The notes below the pieces were generated by a model. The model searched no databases. It was not told where the DNA came from and saw nothing but the letters and a program-made list of their open reading frames with translations. Both the position numbers and the translations under genes were made by a program. From positions 200,196 to 264,195 of the forward strand of contig JBHGNT010000038.1 in assembly GCA_043228905.1 (NCBI GenBank): a stretch of DNA of 64,000 nt, written 5' to 3'. The number at the start of each line of letters is the position of its first letter. The first letter of the stretch is position 1. Positions 43,451 through 58,400 of the stretch are shown here, one piece after another. Origin of the DNA: Azolla caroliniana. Lineage: Eukaryota; Plantae; Polypodiophyta.

Positions 43451-46400
43451 GAGAGGAGCCCTTGAGTAAATTAAAATGTTCATACCTAGTGAGCGTGATA
43501 TCGGATTTTTGTGTTCAAACATGCGAATCGAAGCTAACAACGCTAGCTGTGATTTGGAATTAAAAAATCAAGATTTTGAAACCCAGGTCGAGAGACATGA
43601 CGAAATTACCAAATTTGAGGAGGGAGTTGAGAGGAGCCCTTGAGTAAATTAAAATGGTCATACCTAGCGAGTGTGATATCGCACTTTTGTGTACAAACAT
43701 GTGAATCGAAGCTAACAACGCTAGCTATGATATGGAATTGAAAAATCAAGATTTTGAAACTCAGGTGGAGAGACATGACGAAATTAGCAAATTTGAGGAG
43801 TGAGTTGAGAGGAGCCCTTGAGTAAATTAAAATGTTCATACCTAGCGAGTGTGATATCGCACTTTTGTGTTCAAACATTGGAATCGAAGCTAACAACGCT
43901 AGGTATGATATAGAATTAAAAAATCAAGATTTTGAAACTCAGGTCGAGAGACATGACGAAATTAGCAAATTTGAGGAGGGAGTTGAGAGGAGCCCTTGAG
44001 TAAATTAAAATGTTCATACATAGCGAGTGTGATATCGGATTTTTGTGTACAAACATGCGAATCGAAGCTAACAACGCTAGCTATGATATGGAATTAAAAA
44101 ATCAAGATTTTGAAACTCAGGTCGAGAGACATGACGAAATTTCCAAATTTCAGGAGGGAGTTGAGAAGAGCTAGTAGGTAAATTATAATGTTCATAACTG
44201 GTTCGTGTGATATCGGATTTTTGTGTTCAAACATTCGAATCGAAGTTAACAACGCTAGCTATGATATGGAATTACAAAATCAAGATTTTGAAACTCCAGT
44301 CGAGAGACATGATAAAATTACCAAATTTGAGGAGTGACGTTGGAAGAGCGCGTGAGTGAATTAAAATGTTCATACCTGGCTCGTGTGATATCGGATTTTT
44401 GTGTTCAAACATGCGAATCGAAGCTAACAACGCTAGCTATCATATGGAATTAAGAAATCAAGATTTTGACACTCAGGTCAAGAGACATGACGAAATTAGC
44501 AAATTTGAGGAGTGAGTTGAGAGGAGCCCTTGAGTAAATTAAAATGGTCATACCTAGCGAGTGTGATATCGGATTTTTGTGTACAAACATGCGAATCGAA
44601 GCTAACAACGCTAGCTATGATATGGAATTAAAAAATCAAGATTTTGAAACTCAGGTCGAGAGACATGACGACATTTCCAAATTTCAGGAGGGAGTAGAGA
44701 AGAGCTTGTAGGTAAATTATAATGTTCATACCTGGTTCGTGTGATATTGGATTTTTGTGTTCAAACATTCGAATCGAAGCTAACAACGCTAGCTATGATA
44801 TGGAATTACAAAATCAAGATTTTGAAACTCCAGTCGAGAGACATGATAAAATTACCAAATTTGAGGAGTGACGTTGGAAGAGCGCGTGAGTGAATTAAAA
44901 TGTTCATACCTGGCTCGTGTGATATCGGATTTTTGTGTTCAAACATGCGAATCGAAGCTAACAACGCTAGCTATCATATGGAATTAAGAAATCAAGATTT
45001 TGACACTCAGGTCAAGAGACATGACGAAATTAGCAAATTTGAGGAGTGAGTTGAGAGGAGCCCTTGAGTAAATTAAAATGGTCATACCTAGCGAGTGTGA
45101 TATCGGATTTTTGTGTACAAACATGCGAATCGAAGCTAACAACGCTAGCTATGATATGGAATTAAAAAATCAAGATTTTGAAACTCAGGTCGAGAGACAT
45201 GACGACATTTCCAAATTTCAGGAGGGAGTAGAGAAGAGCTAGTAGGTAAATTATAATGTTCATACCTGGTTCGTGTGATATTGGATTTTTGTGTTCAAAC
45301 ATTCGAATCGAAGCTAACAACGCTAGCTATGATATGGAATTACAAAATCAAGATTTTGAAACTCCAGTCGAGAGACATGATAAAATTACCAAATTTGAGG
45401 AGTGACGTTGGAAGAGCGCGTGAGTGAATTAAAATGTTCATACCTGGCTCGTGTGATATCGGATTTTTGTGTTCAAACATGTGAATCGAAGCTAACAACG
45501 CTAGCTATCATATGGAATTAAGAAATCAAGATTTTGACACTCAGGTCAAGAGACATGACGAAATTAGCAAATTTGAGGAGTGAGTTGAGAGGAGCCCTTG
45601 AGTAAATTAAAATGGTCATACCTAGCGAGTGTGATATCGGATTTTTGTGTACAAACATGCGAATCGAAGCTAACAACGCTAGCTATGATATGGAATTAAA
45701 AAATCAAGATTTTGAAACTCAGGTCGAGAGACATGACGACATTTCCAAATTTCAGGAGGGAGTAGAGAAGAGCTAGTAGGTAAATTATAATGTTCATACC
45801 TGGTTCGTGTGATATTGGATTTTTGTGTTCAAACATTCGAATCGAAGCTAACAACGCTAGCTATGATATGGAATTACAAAATCAAGATTTTGAAACTCCA
45901 GTCGAGAGACATGATAAAATTACCAAATTTGAGGAGTGACGTTGGAAGAGCGCGTGAGTGAATTAAAATGTTCATACCTGGCTCGTGTGATATCGGATTT
46001 TTGTGTTCAAACATGCGAATCGAAGCTAACAACGCTAGCTATCATATGGAATTAAGAAATCAAGATTTTGACACTCAGGTCGAGAGACATGACGAAATTA
46101 GCAAATTTGAGGAGTGAGTTGAGAGGATCCCTTGAGTAAATTAAAATGGTCATACCTAGCGAGTGTGATATCGGATTTTTGTGTACAAACATGCGAATCG
46201 AAGCTAACAACGCTAGCTATGATATGGAATTAAAAAATCAAGATTTTGAAACTCAGGTCGAGAGACATGACGACATTTCCAAATTTCAGGAGGGAGTAGA
46301 GAAGAGCTAGTAGGTAAATTATAATGTTCATACCTGGTTCGTGTGATATTGGATTTTTGTGTTCAAACATTCGAATCGAAGCTAACAACGCTAGCTATGA

Positions 46401-49400
46401 TATGGAATTACAAAATCAAGATTTTGAAACTCCAGTCGAGAGACTTGATGAAATTGCCAAATTTGACGAGTGACGTTGGAAGAGCGCGTGAGTGAATTAA
46501 AATGTTCATACCTGGCTCGTGTGATATCGGATTTTTGTGTTCAAACATGGAAATCGAAGCTAACAACGCTAGCTATGATATGGAATTAAAAAATCAATAT
46601 TTTGAAAATCAGGTCGAGAGGCATGACGAAATTAGCAAATTTGAGGAGTGAGTTGAGAGGAGCCCTTGAGTAAATTAAAATGTTCATACCTAGTGAGCGT
46701 GATATCGGATTTTTGTGTTCAAACATGCGAATCGAAGCTAACAACGCTAGCTATGATATGGAATTAAAAAATCAAGATTTTGAAACTCAGGTCGAGAGAC
46801 ATGACGAAATTAACAACCTTGACGAGGGAGTTGAGAGGAGCCCTTAAGTAAATAAAAATGTTCATACCTAGCTCGTGTGATATCGGATTTCTGTGTTCAA
46901 ACATGCGAATCGAAGCTAACAACGCTAGCTGTGATTTGGAATTAAAAAATCAAGATTTTGACACTCAGGTCGAGAGACATGACGAAATTAGCAAATTTGA
47001 GGAGTGAGTTGAGAGGAGCCCTTGAGTAAATTAAAATGGTCATACCTAGCGAGTGTGATATCGGATTTTTGTGTACAAACATGCGAATCGAAGCTAACAA
47101 CGGTAGCTATGATATGGAATTAAAAAAGCAAGATTTTGAAACTCAGGTCGAGATACATGACGAAATTTCCAAATTTCAGGAGGGAGTTGACAAGAGCTAG
47201 TAGGTAAATTATAATGTTCATACCTGGTTCGTGTGATATTGGATTTTTGTGTTCAAACATTCGAATCGAAGCTAACAACGCTAGCTATGATATGGAATTA
47301 CAAAATCAAGATTTTGAAACTCCAGTCGAGAGACATGATGAAATTGCCAAATTTGACGAGTGACGTTGGAAGAGCGCGTGAGTGAATTAAAATGTTCATA
47401 CCTGGCTCGTGTGATATCGGATTTTTGTGTTCAAACATGGAAATCGAAGCTAACAACGCTAGCTATGATATGGAATTAAAAAATCAATATTTTGAAAATC
47501 AGGTCGAGAGGCATGACGAAATTAGCAAATTTGAGGAGTGAGTTGAGAGGAGCCCTTGAGTAAATTAAAATGTTCATACCTAGTGAGCGTGATATCGGAT
47601 TTTTGTGTTCAAACATGCGAATCGAAGCTAACAACGCTAGCTATGATATGGAATTAAAAAATCAAGATTTTGAAACTCAGGTCGAGAGACATGACGAAAT
47701 TAGCAACCTTGACGAGGGAGTTGAGAGGAGCCCTTAAGTAAATAAAAATGTTCATACCTAGCTCGTGTGATATCGGATTTTTGTGTTCAAACATGCGAAT
47801 CGAAGCTAACAACGCTAGCTGTGATTTGGAATTAAAAAATCAAGATTTTGAAACTCAGGTCGAGAGACATGACGAAATTAGCAAATTTGAGGAGTGAGTT
47901 GAGAGGAGCCGTTGAGTAAATTAAAATGGTCATACCTAGCGAGTGTGATATCGGATTTTTGTGTACAAACATGCGAATCGAAGCTAACAACGCTAGCTAT
48001 GATATGGAATTAAAAAATCAAGATTTTGAAACTCAGGTCGAGATACATGACGAAATTTCCAAATTTCAGGAGGGAGTTGACAAGAGCTAGTAGGTAAATT
48101 ATAATGTTCATACCTGGTTCGTGTGATATTGGATTTTTGTGTTCAAACATTCGAATCGAAGCTAACAACGCTAGCTATGATATGGAATTACAAAATCAAG
48201 ATTTTGAAACTCCAGTCGAGAGACATGATGACATTGCCAAATTTGACGAGTGACGTTGGAAGAGCGCGTGAGTGAATTAAAATGTTCATACCTGGCTCGT
48301 GTGATATCGGATTTTTGTGTTCAAACATGGAAATCGAAGCTAACAACGCTAGCTATGATATGGAATTAAAAAATCAATATTTTGAAAATCAGGTCGAGAG
48401 GCATGACGAAATTAGCAAATTTGAGGAGTGAGTTGAGAGGAGCCCTTGAGTAAATTAAAATGTTCATACCTAGTGAGCGTGATATCGGATTTTTGTGTTC
48501 AAACATGCGAATCGAAGCTAACAACGCTAGCTATGATATGGAATTAAAAAATCAAGATTTTGAAACTCAGGTCGAGAGACATGACGAAATTAGCAACCTT
48601 GACGAGGGAGTTGAGAGGAGCCCTTAAGTAAATAAAAATGTTCATACCTAGCTCGTGTGATATCGGATTTTTGTGTTCAAACATATCGAAGCTAACAACG
48701 CTAGATGTGATTTGGAATTAAAAAATCAAGATTTTGAAACTCAGGTCGAGAGACATGACAAAATTACCAAATTTCAGGAGGGAGTTGAGAGGGGCCCTTG
48801 AGTAAATTAAAATGTTCATACCTAGCGAGTGTGATATCGGATTTTTGTGTTCAAACATGCGATTCGAAGCTAACAACGTTAGCTATGATATGGAATTACA
48901 AAATCAAGATTTTGAAACTCAGGTCGCGAGACATGAAGAAATTACCAAATTTGAGGAGTGAGGTTGGAAGAGCGTGTGAGTGAATTAAAATGTTCATACC
49001 TGGCTCGTGTGATATCGGATTTTTGTGTTCAAACATGAGAATCGAAGCTAACAACGCTAGCTATGATATGGAATTAACAAAACAAGATTTTGAAACTCAG
49101 GTCGAGAGACATGACGAAATTAGCAAATTTGAGGTGTGAGTTGAGAGGAGCCCTTGAGTAAATTAAAATGGTCATACCTAGCTAGTGTGATATCGGATTT
49201 TTGTGTTCAAACATGCGAATCGAAGCTAACAATGTTAGCTATGATATGGAATTAAAAAATCAAGATTTTGAAACTCAGGTCGAGAGACATGACGAAATTT
49301 CCAAATTTCAGGAGGGAGTTGACAAGAGCTAGTAGGTAAATTATAATGTTCATACCTAGCTCGTGTTATATCGGATTTTTGTGTTCAAACATGCGAATCG

Positions 49401-52400
49401 AAGCTAACAACGCTAGCAATGATATGGAATTAAAAAATCAAGATTTTGAAACTCAGGTCGAGAGACATGACGAAATTACCAAATTTGAGGAGGGAGTTGA
49501 GAAGAGCTAGTAGGTAAATTACAATGTTCATACCTAGCGAGTGTGATATCGGATTTTTGTGTTCAAACATGCGAATCAAACCTAACAACGCTAGCTATGA
49601 TATAGAATTAAAAAAGCAAGATTTCGAAACTCAGGTCGAGAGTCATGACGAAATTAGCAAATTTGAGGAGTGAGTTGAGAGGAGCCCTTGAGTAAATTAA
49701 AATGGTCATACCTAGCGAGTGTGATATCGGATTTTTGTGTACAAACATGCGAATCTAAGCTAACAACGCTAGCTATGATATGGAATTAAAAAATCAAGAT
49801 TTTGAAACTCAGGTCGAGACACATGACGAAATTAGCAAATTTGAGGAGTGAGTTGAGAGGAGCCCTTGAGTAAATTAAAATGTTCATACCTGGCTCGTGT
49901 GATATCGGATTTTTGTGTACAAACATGCGAATCGAAGCTAACAACGCTAGCTATGATATGGAATTAAAAAATCAAGATTTTGAAACCCAGGTCGAGAGAC
50001 ATGACGAAATTACCAAATTTGAGGAGGGAGTTGAGAGGAGCCCTTGAGTAAATTAAAATGGTCATACCTAGCGAGTGTGATATCGGATTTTTGTGTACAA
50101 ACATGCGAATCGAAGCTAACAACGCTAGCTATGATATGGAATTAAAAAATCAAGATTTTGAAACTCAGGTCGAGAGACATGACGAAATTTCCAAATTTCA
50201 GGAGGGAGTTGACAAGAGCTAGTAGGTAAATTATAATGTTCATACCTGGTTCGTGTGATATTGGATTTTTGTGTTCAAACATTCGAATCGAAGCTAACAA
50301 CGCTAGCTATGATATGGAATTACAAAATCAAGATTTTGAAACTCCAGTCGAGAGACATGATGAAATTGCCAAATTTCACGAGTGACGTTGGAAGAGCGCG
50401 TGAGTGAATTAAAATGTTCATACCTGGCTCGTGTGATATCGGATTTTTGTGTTCAAACATGCGAATCGAAGCTAACAACGCTAGCTATCATATGGAATTA
50501 AGAAATCAAGATTTTGACACTCAGGTCAAGAGACATGACGAAATTAGCAAATTTGAGGAGTGAGTTGAGAGGAGCCCTTGAGTAAATTAAAATGGTCATA
50601 CCTAGCGAGTGTGATATCGGATTTTTGTGTACAAACATGCGAATCGAAGCTAACAACGCTAGCTATGATATGGAATTAAAAAATCAAGATTTTGAAACTC
50701 AGGTCGAGAGACATGACGACATTTCCAAATTTCAGGAGGGAGTAGAGAAGAGCTTGTAGGTAAATTATAATGTTCATACCTGGTTCGTGTGATATTGGAT
50801 TTTTGTGTTCAAACATTCGAATCGAAGCTAACAACGCTAGCTATGATATGGAATTACAAAATCAAGATTTTGAAACTCCAGTCGAGAGACATGATAAAAT
50901 TACCAAATTTGAGGAGTGACGTTGGAAGAGCGCGTGAGTGAATTAAAATGTTCATACCTGGCTCGTGTGATATCGGATTTTTGTGTTCAAACATGCGAAT
51001 CGAAGCTAACAACGCTAGCTATCATATGGAATTAAGAAATCAAGATTTTGACACTCAGGTCAAGAGACATGACGAAATTAGCAAATTTGAGGAGTGAGTT
51101 GAGAGGAGCCCTTGAGTAAATTAAAATGGTCATACCTAGCGAGTGTGATATCGGATTTTTGTGTACAAACATGCGAATCGAAGCTAACAACGCTAGCTAT
51201 GATATGGAATTAAAAAATCAAGATTTTGAAACTCAGGTCGAGAGACATGACGACATTTCCAAATTTCAGGAGGGAGTAGAGAAGAGCTAGTAGGTAAATT
51301 ATAATGTTCATACCTGGTTCGTGTGATATTGGATTTTTGTGTTCAAACATTCGAATCGAAGCTAACAACGCTAGCTATGATATGGAATTACAAAATCAAG
51401 ATTTTGAAACTCCAGTCGAGAGACATGATAAAATTACCAAATTTGAGGAGTGACGTTGGAAGAGCGCGTGAGTGAATTAAAATGTTCATACCTGGCTCGT
51501 GTGATATCGGATTTTTGTGTTCAAACATGTGAATCGAAGCTAACAACGCTAGCTATCATATGGAATTAAGAAATCAAGATTTTGACACTCAGGTCAAGAG
51601 ACATGACGAAATTAGCAAATTTGAGGAGTGAGTTGAGAGGAGCCCTTGAGTAAATTAAAATGGTCATACCTAGCGAGTGTGATATCGGATTTTTGTGTAC
51701 AAACATGCGAATCGAAGCTAACAACGCTAGCTATGATATGGAATTAAAAAATCAAGATTTTGAAACTCAGGTCGAGAGACATGACGACATTTCCAAATTT
51801 CAGGAGGGAGTAGAGAAGAGCTAGTAGGTAAATTATAATGTTCATACCTGGTTCGTGTGATATTGGATTTTTGTGTTCAAACATTCGAATCGAAGCTAAC
51901 AACGCTAGCTATCATATGGAATTACAAAATCAAGATTTTGAAACTCCAGTCGAGAGACATGATAAAATTACCAAATTTGAGGAGTGACGTTGGAAGAGCG
52001 CGTGAGTGAATTAAAATGTTCATACCTGGCTCGTGTGATATCGGATTTTTGTGTTCAAACATGCGAATCGAAGCTAACAACGCTAGCTATCATATGGAAT
52101 TAAGAAATCAAGATTTTGACACTCAGGTCGAGAGACATGACGAAATTAGCAAATTTGAGGAGTGAGTTGAGAGGATCCCTTGAGTAAATTAAAATGCTCA
52201 TACCTAGCGAGTGTGATATCGGATTTTTGTGTACAAACATGCGAATCGAAGCTAACAACGCTAGCTATGATATGGAATTAAAAAATCAAGATTTTGAAAC
52301 TCAGGTCGAGAGACATGACGACATTTCCAAATTTCAGGAGGGAGTAGAGAAGAGCTAGTAGGTAAATTATAATGTTCATACCTGGTTCGTGTGATATTGG

Positions 52401-55400
52401 ATTTTTGTGTTCAAACATTCGAATCGAAGCTAACAACGCTAGCTATGATATGGAATTACAAAATCAAGATTTTGAAACTCCAGTCGAGAGACTTGATGAA
52501 ATTGCCAAATTTGACGAGTGACGTTGGAAGAGCGCGTGAGTGAATTAAAATGTTCATACCTGGCTCGTGTGATATCGGATTTTTGTGTTCAAACATGGAA
52601 ATCGAAGCTAACAACGCTAGCTATGATATGGAATTAAAAAATCAATATTTTGAAAATCAGGTCGAGAGGCATGACGAAATTAGCAAATTTGAGGAGTGAG
52701 TTGAGAGGAGCCCTTGAGTAAATTAAAATGTTCATACCTAGTGAGCGTGATATCGGATTTTTGTGTTCAAACATGCGAATCGAAGCTAACAACGCTAGCT
52801 ATGATATGGAATTAAAAAATCAAGATTTTGAAACTCAGGTCGAGAGACATGACGAAATTAACAACCTTGACGAGGGAGTTGAGAGGAGCCCTTAAGTAAA
52901 TAAAAATGTTCATACCTAGCTCGTGTGATATCGGATTTCTGTGTTCAAACATGCGAATCGAAGCTAACAACGCTAGCTGTGATTTGGAATTAAAAAATCA
53001 AGATTTTGACACTCAGGTCGAGAGACATGACGAAATTAGCAAATTTGAGGAGTGAGTTGAGAGGAGCCCTTGAGTAAATTAAAATGGTCATACCTAGCGA
53101 GTGTGATATCGGATTTTTGTGTACAAACATGCGAATCGAAGCTAACAACGGTAGCTATGATATGGAATTAAAAAAGCAAGATTTTGAAACTCAGGTCGAG
53201 ATACATGACGAAATTTCCAAATTTCAGGAGGGAGTTGACAAGAGCTAGTAGGTAAATTATAATGTTCATACCTGGTTCGTGTGATATTGGATTTTTGTGT
53301 TCAAACATTCGAATCGAAGCTAACAACGCTAGCTATGATATGGAATTACAAAATCAAGATTTTGAAACTCCAGTCGAGAGACATGATGAAATTGCCAAAT
53401 TTGACGAGTGACGTTGGAAGAGCGCGTGAGTGAATTAAAATGTTCATACCTGGCTCGTGTGATATCGGATTTTTGTGTTCAAACATGGAAATCGAAGCTA
53501 ACAACGCTAGCTATGATATGGAATTAAAAAATCAATATTTTGAAAATCAGGTCGAGAGGCATGACGAAATTAGCAAATTTGAGGAGTGAGTTGAGAGGAG
53601 CCCTTGAGTAAATTAAAATGTTCATACCTAGTGAGCGTGATATCGGATTTTTGTGTTCAAACATGCGAATCGAAGCTAACAACGCTAGCTATGATATGGA
53701 ATTAAAAAATCAAGATTTTGAAACTCAGGTCGAGAGACATGACGAAATTAGCAACCTTGACGAGGGAGTTGAGAGGAGCCCTTAAGTAAATAAAAATGTT
53801 CATACCTAGCTCGTGTGATATCGGATTTTTGTGTTCAAACATATCGAAGCTAACAACGCTAGATGTGATTTGGAATTAAAAAATCAAGATTTTGAAACTC
53901 AGGTCGAGAGACATGACAAAATTACCAAATTTCAGGAGGGAGTTGAGAGGGGCCCTTGAGTAAATTAAAATGTTCATACCTAGCGAGTGTGATATCGGAT
54001 TTTTGTGTTCAAACATGCGATTCGAAGCTAACAACGTTAGCTATGATATGGAATTACAAAATCAAGATTTTGAAACTCAGGTCGCGAGACATGAAGAAAT
54101 TACCAAATTTGAGGAGTGAGGTTGGAAGAGCGTGTGAGTGAATTAAAATGTTCATACCTGGCTCGTGTGATATCGGATTTTTGTGTTCAAACATGAGAAT
54201 CGAAGCTAACAACGCTAGCTATGATATGGAATTAACAAAACAAGATTTTGAAACTCAGGTCGAGAGACATGACGAAATTAGCAAATTTGAGGTGTGAGTT
54301 GAGAGGAGCCCTTGAGTAAATTAAAATGGTCATACCTAGCTAGTGTGATATCGGATTTTTGTGTTCAAACATGCGAATCGAAGCTAACAATGTTAGCTAT
54401 GATATGGAATTAAAAAATCAAGATTTTGAAACTCAGGTCGAGAGACATGACGAAATTTCCAAATTTCAGGAGGGAGTTGACAAGAGCTAGTAGGTAAATT
54501 ATAATGTTCATACCTAGCTCGTGTTATATCGGATTTTTGTGTTCAAACATGCGAATCGAAGCTAACAACGCTAGCAATGATATGGAATTAAAAAATCAAG
54601 ATTTTGAAACTCAGGTCGAGAGACATGACGAAATTACCAAATTTGAGGAGGGAGTTGAGAAGAGCTAGTAGGTAAATTACAATGTTCATACCTAGCGAGT
54701 GTGATATCGGATTTTTGTGTTCAAACATGCGAATCAAACCTAACAACGCTAGCTATGATATAGAATTAAAAAAGCAAGATTTCGAAACTCAGGTCGAGAG
54801 TCATGACGAAATTAGCAAATTTGAGGAGTGAGTTGAGAGGAGCCCTTGAGTAAATTAAAATGGTCATACCTAGCGAGTGTGATATCGGATTTTTGTGTAC
54901 AAACATGCGAATCTAAGCTAACAACGCTAGCTATGATATGGAATTAAAAAATCAAGATTTTGAAACTCAGGTCGAGACACATGACGAAATTAGCAAATTT
55001 GAGGAGTGAGTTGAGAGGAGCCCTTGAGTAAATTAAAATGTTCATACCTGGCTCGTGTGATATCGGATTTTTGTGTACAAACATGCGAATCGAAGCTAAC
55101 AACGCTAGCTATGATATGGAATTAAAAAATCAAGATTTTGAAACCCAGGTCGAGAGACATGACGAAATTACCAAATTTGAGGAGGGAGTTGAGAGGAGCC
55201 CTTGAGTAAATTAAAATGGTCATACCTAGCGAGTGTGATATCGGATTTTTGTGTACAAACATGCGAATCGAAGCTAACAACGCTAGCTATGATATGGAAT
55301 TAAAAAATCAAGATTTTGAAACTCAGGTCGAGAGACATGACGAAATTTCCAAATTTCAGGAGGGAGTTGACAAGAGCTAGTAGGTAAATTATAATGTTCA

Positions 55401-58400
55401 TACCTGGTTCGTGTGATATTGGATTTTTGTGTTCAAACATTCGAATCGAAGCTAACAACGCTAGCTATGATATGGAATTACAAAATCAAGATTTTGAAAC
55501 TCCAGTCGAGAGACATGATGAAATTGCCAAATTTGACGAGTGACGTTGGAAGAGCGCGTGAGTGAATTAAAATGTTCATACCTGGCTCGTGTGATATCGG
55601 ATTTTTGTGTTCAAACATGGAAATCGAAGCTAACAACGCTAGCTATGATATGGAATTAAAAAATCAATATTTTGAAAATCAGGTCGAGAGGCATGACGAA
55701 ATTAGCAAATTTGAGGAGTGAGTTGAGAGGAGCCCTTGAGTAAATTAAAATGTTCATACCTAGTGAGCGTGATATCGGATTTTTGTGTTCAAACATGCGA
55801 ATCGAAGCTAACAACGCTAGCTGTGATTTGGAATTAAAAAATCAAGATTTTGAAACTCAGGTCGAGAGACATGACGAAATTAGCAAATTTGAGGAGTGAG
55901 TTGAGAGGAGCCCTTGAGTAAATTAAAATGGTCATACCTAGCGAGTGTGATATCGGATTTTTGTGTACAAACATGCGAATCGAAGCTAACAACGCTAGCT
56001 ATGATATGGAATTAAAAAATCAAGATTTTGAAACTCAGGTCGAGATACATGACGAAATTTCCAAATTTCAGGAGGGAGTTGACAAGAGCTAGTAGGTAAA
56101 TTATAATGTTCATACCTGGTTCGTGTGATATTGGATTTTTGTGTTCAAACATTCGAATCGAAGCTAACAACGCTAGCTATGATATGGAATTACAAAATCA
56201 AGATTTTGAAACTCCAGTCGAGAGACATGATGAAATTGCCAAATTTGACGAGTGACGTTGGAAGAGCGCGTGAGTGAATTAAAATGTTCATACCTGGCTC
56301 GTGTGATATCGGATTTTTGTGTTCAAACATGGAAATCGAAGCTAACAACGCTAGCTATGATATGGAATTAAAAAATCAATATTTTGAAAATCAGGTCGAG
56401 AGGCATGACGAAATTAGCAAATTTGAGGAGTGAGTTGAGAGGAGCCCTTGAGTAAATTAAAATGTTCATACCTAGTGAGCGTTATATCGGATTTTTGTGT
56501 TCAAACATGCGAATCGAAGCTAACAACGCTAGCTATGATATGGAATTAAAAAATCAAGATTTTGAAACTCAGGTCGAGAGACATGACGAAATTAGCAACC
56601 TTGACGAGGGAGTTGAGAGGAGCCCTTAAGTAAATAAAAATGTTCATACCTAGCTCGTGTGATATCGGATTTTTGTGTTCAAACATATCGAAGCTAACAA
56701 CGCTAGATGTGATTTGGAATTAAAAAATCAAGATTTTGAAACTCAGGTCGAGAGACATGACAAAATTACCAAATTTCAGGAGGGAGTTGACAAGAGCCCT
56801 TGAGTAAATTAAAATGGTCATACCTAGCGAGTGTGATATCGGATTTTTGTGTACAAACATGCGAATCGAAGCTAACAACGCTAGCTATGATATGGAATTA
56901 AAAAATCAAGATTTTGAAACTCAGGTCGAGATACATGACGAAATTTCCAAATTTCAGGAGGGAGTTGACAAGAGCTAGTAGGTAAATTATAATGTTCATA
57001 CCTGGTTCGTGTGATATTGGATTTTTGTGTTCAAACATTCGAATCGAAGCTAACAACGCTAGCTATGATATGGAATTACAAAATCAAGATTTTGAAACTC
57101 CAGTCGAGAGACATGATGAAATTGCCAAATTTGACGAGTGACGTTGGAAGAGCGCGTGAGTGAATTAAAATGTTCATACCTGGCTCGTGTGATATCGGAT
57201 TTTTGTGTTCAAACATGGAAATCGAAGCTAACAACGCTAGCTATGATATGGAATTAAAAAATCAATATTTTGAAAATCAGGTCGAGAGGCATGACGAAAT
57301 TAGCAAATTTGAGGAGTGAGTTGAGAGGAGCCCTTGAGTAAATTAAAATGTTCATACCTAGTGAGCGTGATATCGGATTTTTGTGTTCAAACATGCGAAT
57401 CGAAGCTAACAACGCTAGCTATGATATGGAATTAAAAAATCAAGATTTTGAAACTCAGGTCGAGAGACATGACGAAATTAGCAACCCTTGACGAGGGAGT
57501 TGAGAGGAGCCCTTAAGTAAATAAAAATGTTCATACCTAGCTCGTGTGATATCGGATTTTGTGTTCAAACATATCGAAGCTAACAACGCTAGATGTGATT
57601 TGGAATTAAAAAATCAAGATTTTGAAACTCAGGTCGAGAGACATGACAAAATTACCAAATTTCAGGAGGGAGTTGAGAGGGGCCCTTGAGTAAATTAAAA
57701 TGTTCATACCTAGCGAGTGTGATATCGGATTTTTGTGTTCAAACATGCGAATCGAAGCTAACAACGTTAGCTATGATATGGAATTACAAAATCAAGATTT
57801 TGAAACTCAGGTCGCGAGACATGAAGAAATTACCAAATTTGAGGAGTGAGGTTGGAAGAGCGTGTGAGTGAATTAAAATGTTCATACCTGGCTCGTGTAA
57901 TATCGGATTTTTGTGTTCAAACATGAGAATCGAAGCTAACAACGCTAGCTATGATATGGAATTAACAAAACAAGATTTTGAAACTCAGGTCGAGAGGACA
58001 TGACGAAATTAGCAAATTTGAGGTGTGAGTTGAGAGGAGCCCTTGAGTAAATTAAAATGGTCATACCTAGCTAGTGTGATATCGGATTTTTGTGTTCAAA
58101 CATGCGAATCGAAGCTAACAATGTTAGCTATGATATGGAATTAAAAAATCAAGATTTTGAAACTCAGGTCGAGAGACATGACGAAATTTCCAAATTTCAG
58201 GAGGGAGTTGACAAGAGCTAGTAGGTAAATTATAATGTTCATACCTAGCTCGTGTTATATCGGATTTTTGTGTTCAAACATGCGAATCGAAGCTAACAAC
58301 GCTAGCAATGATATGGAATTAAAAAATCAAGATTTTTGAAACTCAGGTCGAGAGACATGACGAAATTACCAAATTTGAGGAGGGAGTTGAGAAGAGCTAG

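Noticed and set aside
16-57871. Dozens of 61-96 aa ORFs (MSKLKCSYLASV..., MLASIRMFVHK...)
   Set aside because: They are translations of the 178-bp monomer. They appear or vanish with single variants, mostly start at TTG/GTG, and the period is not a multiple of 3.
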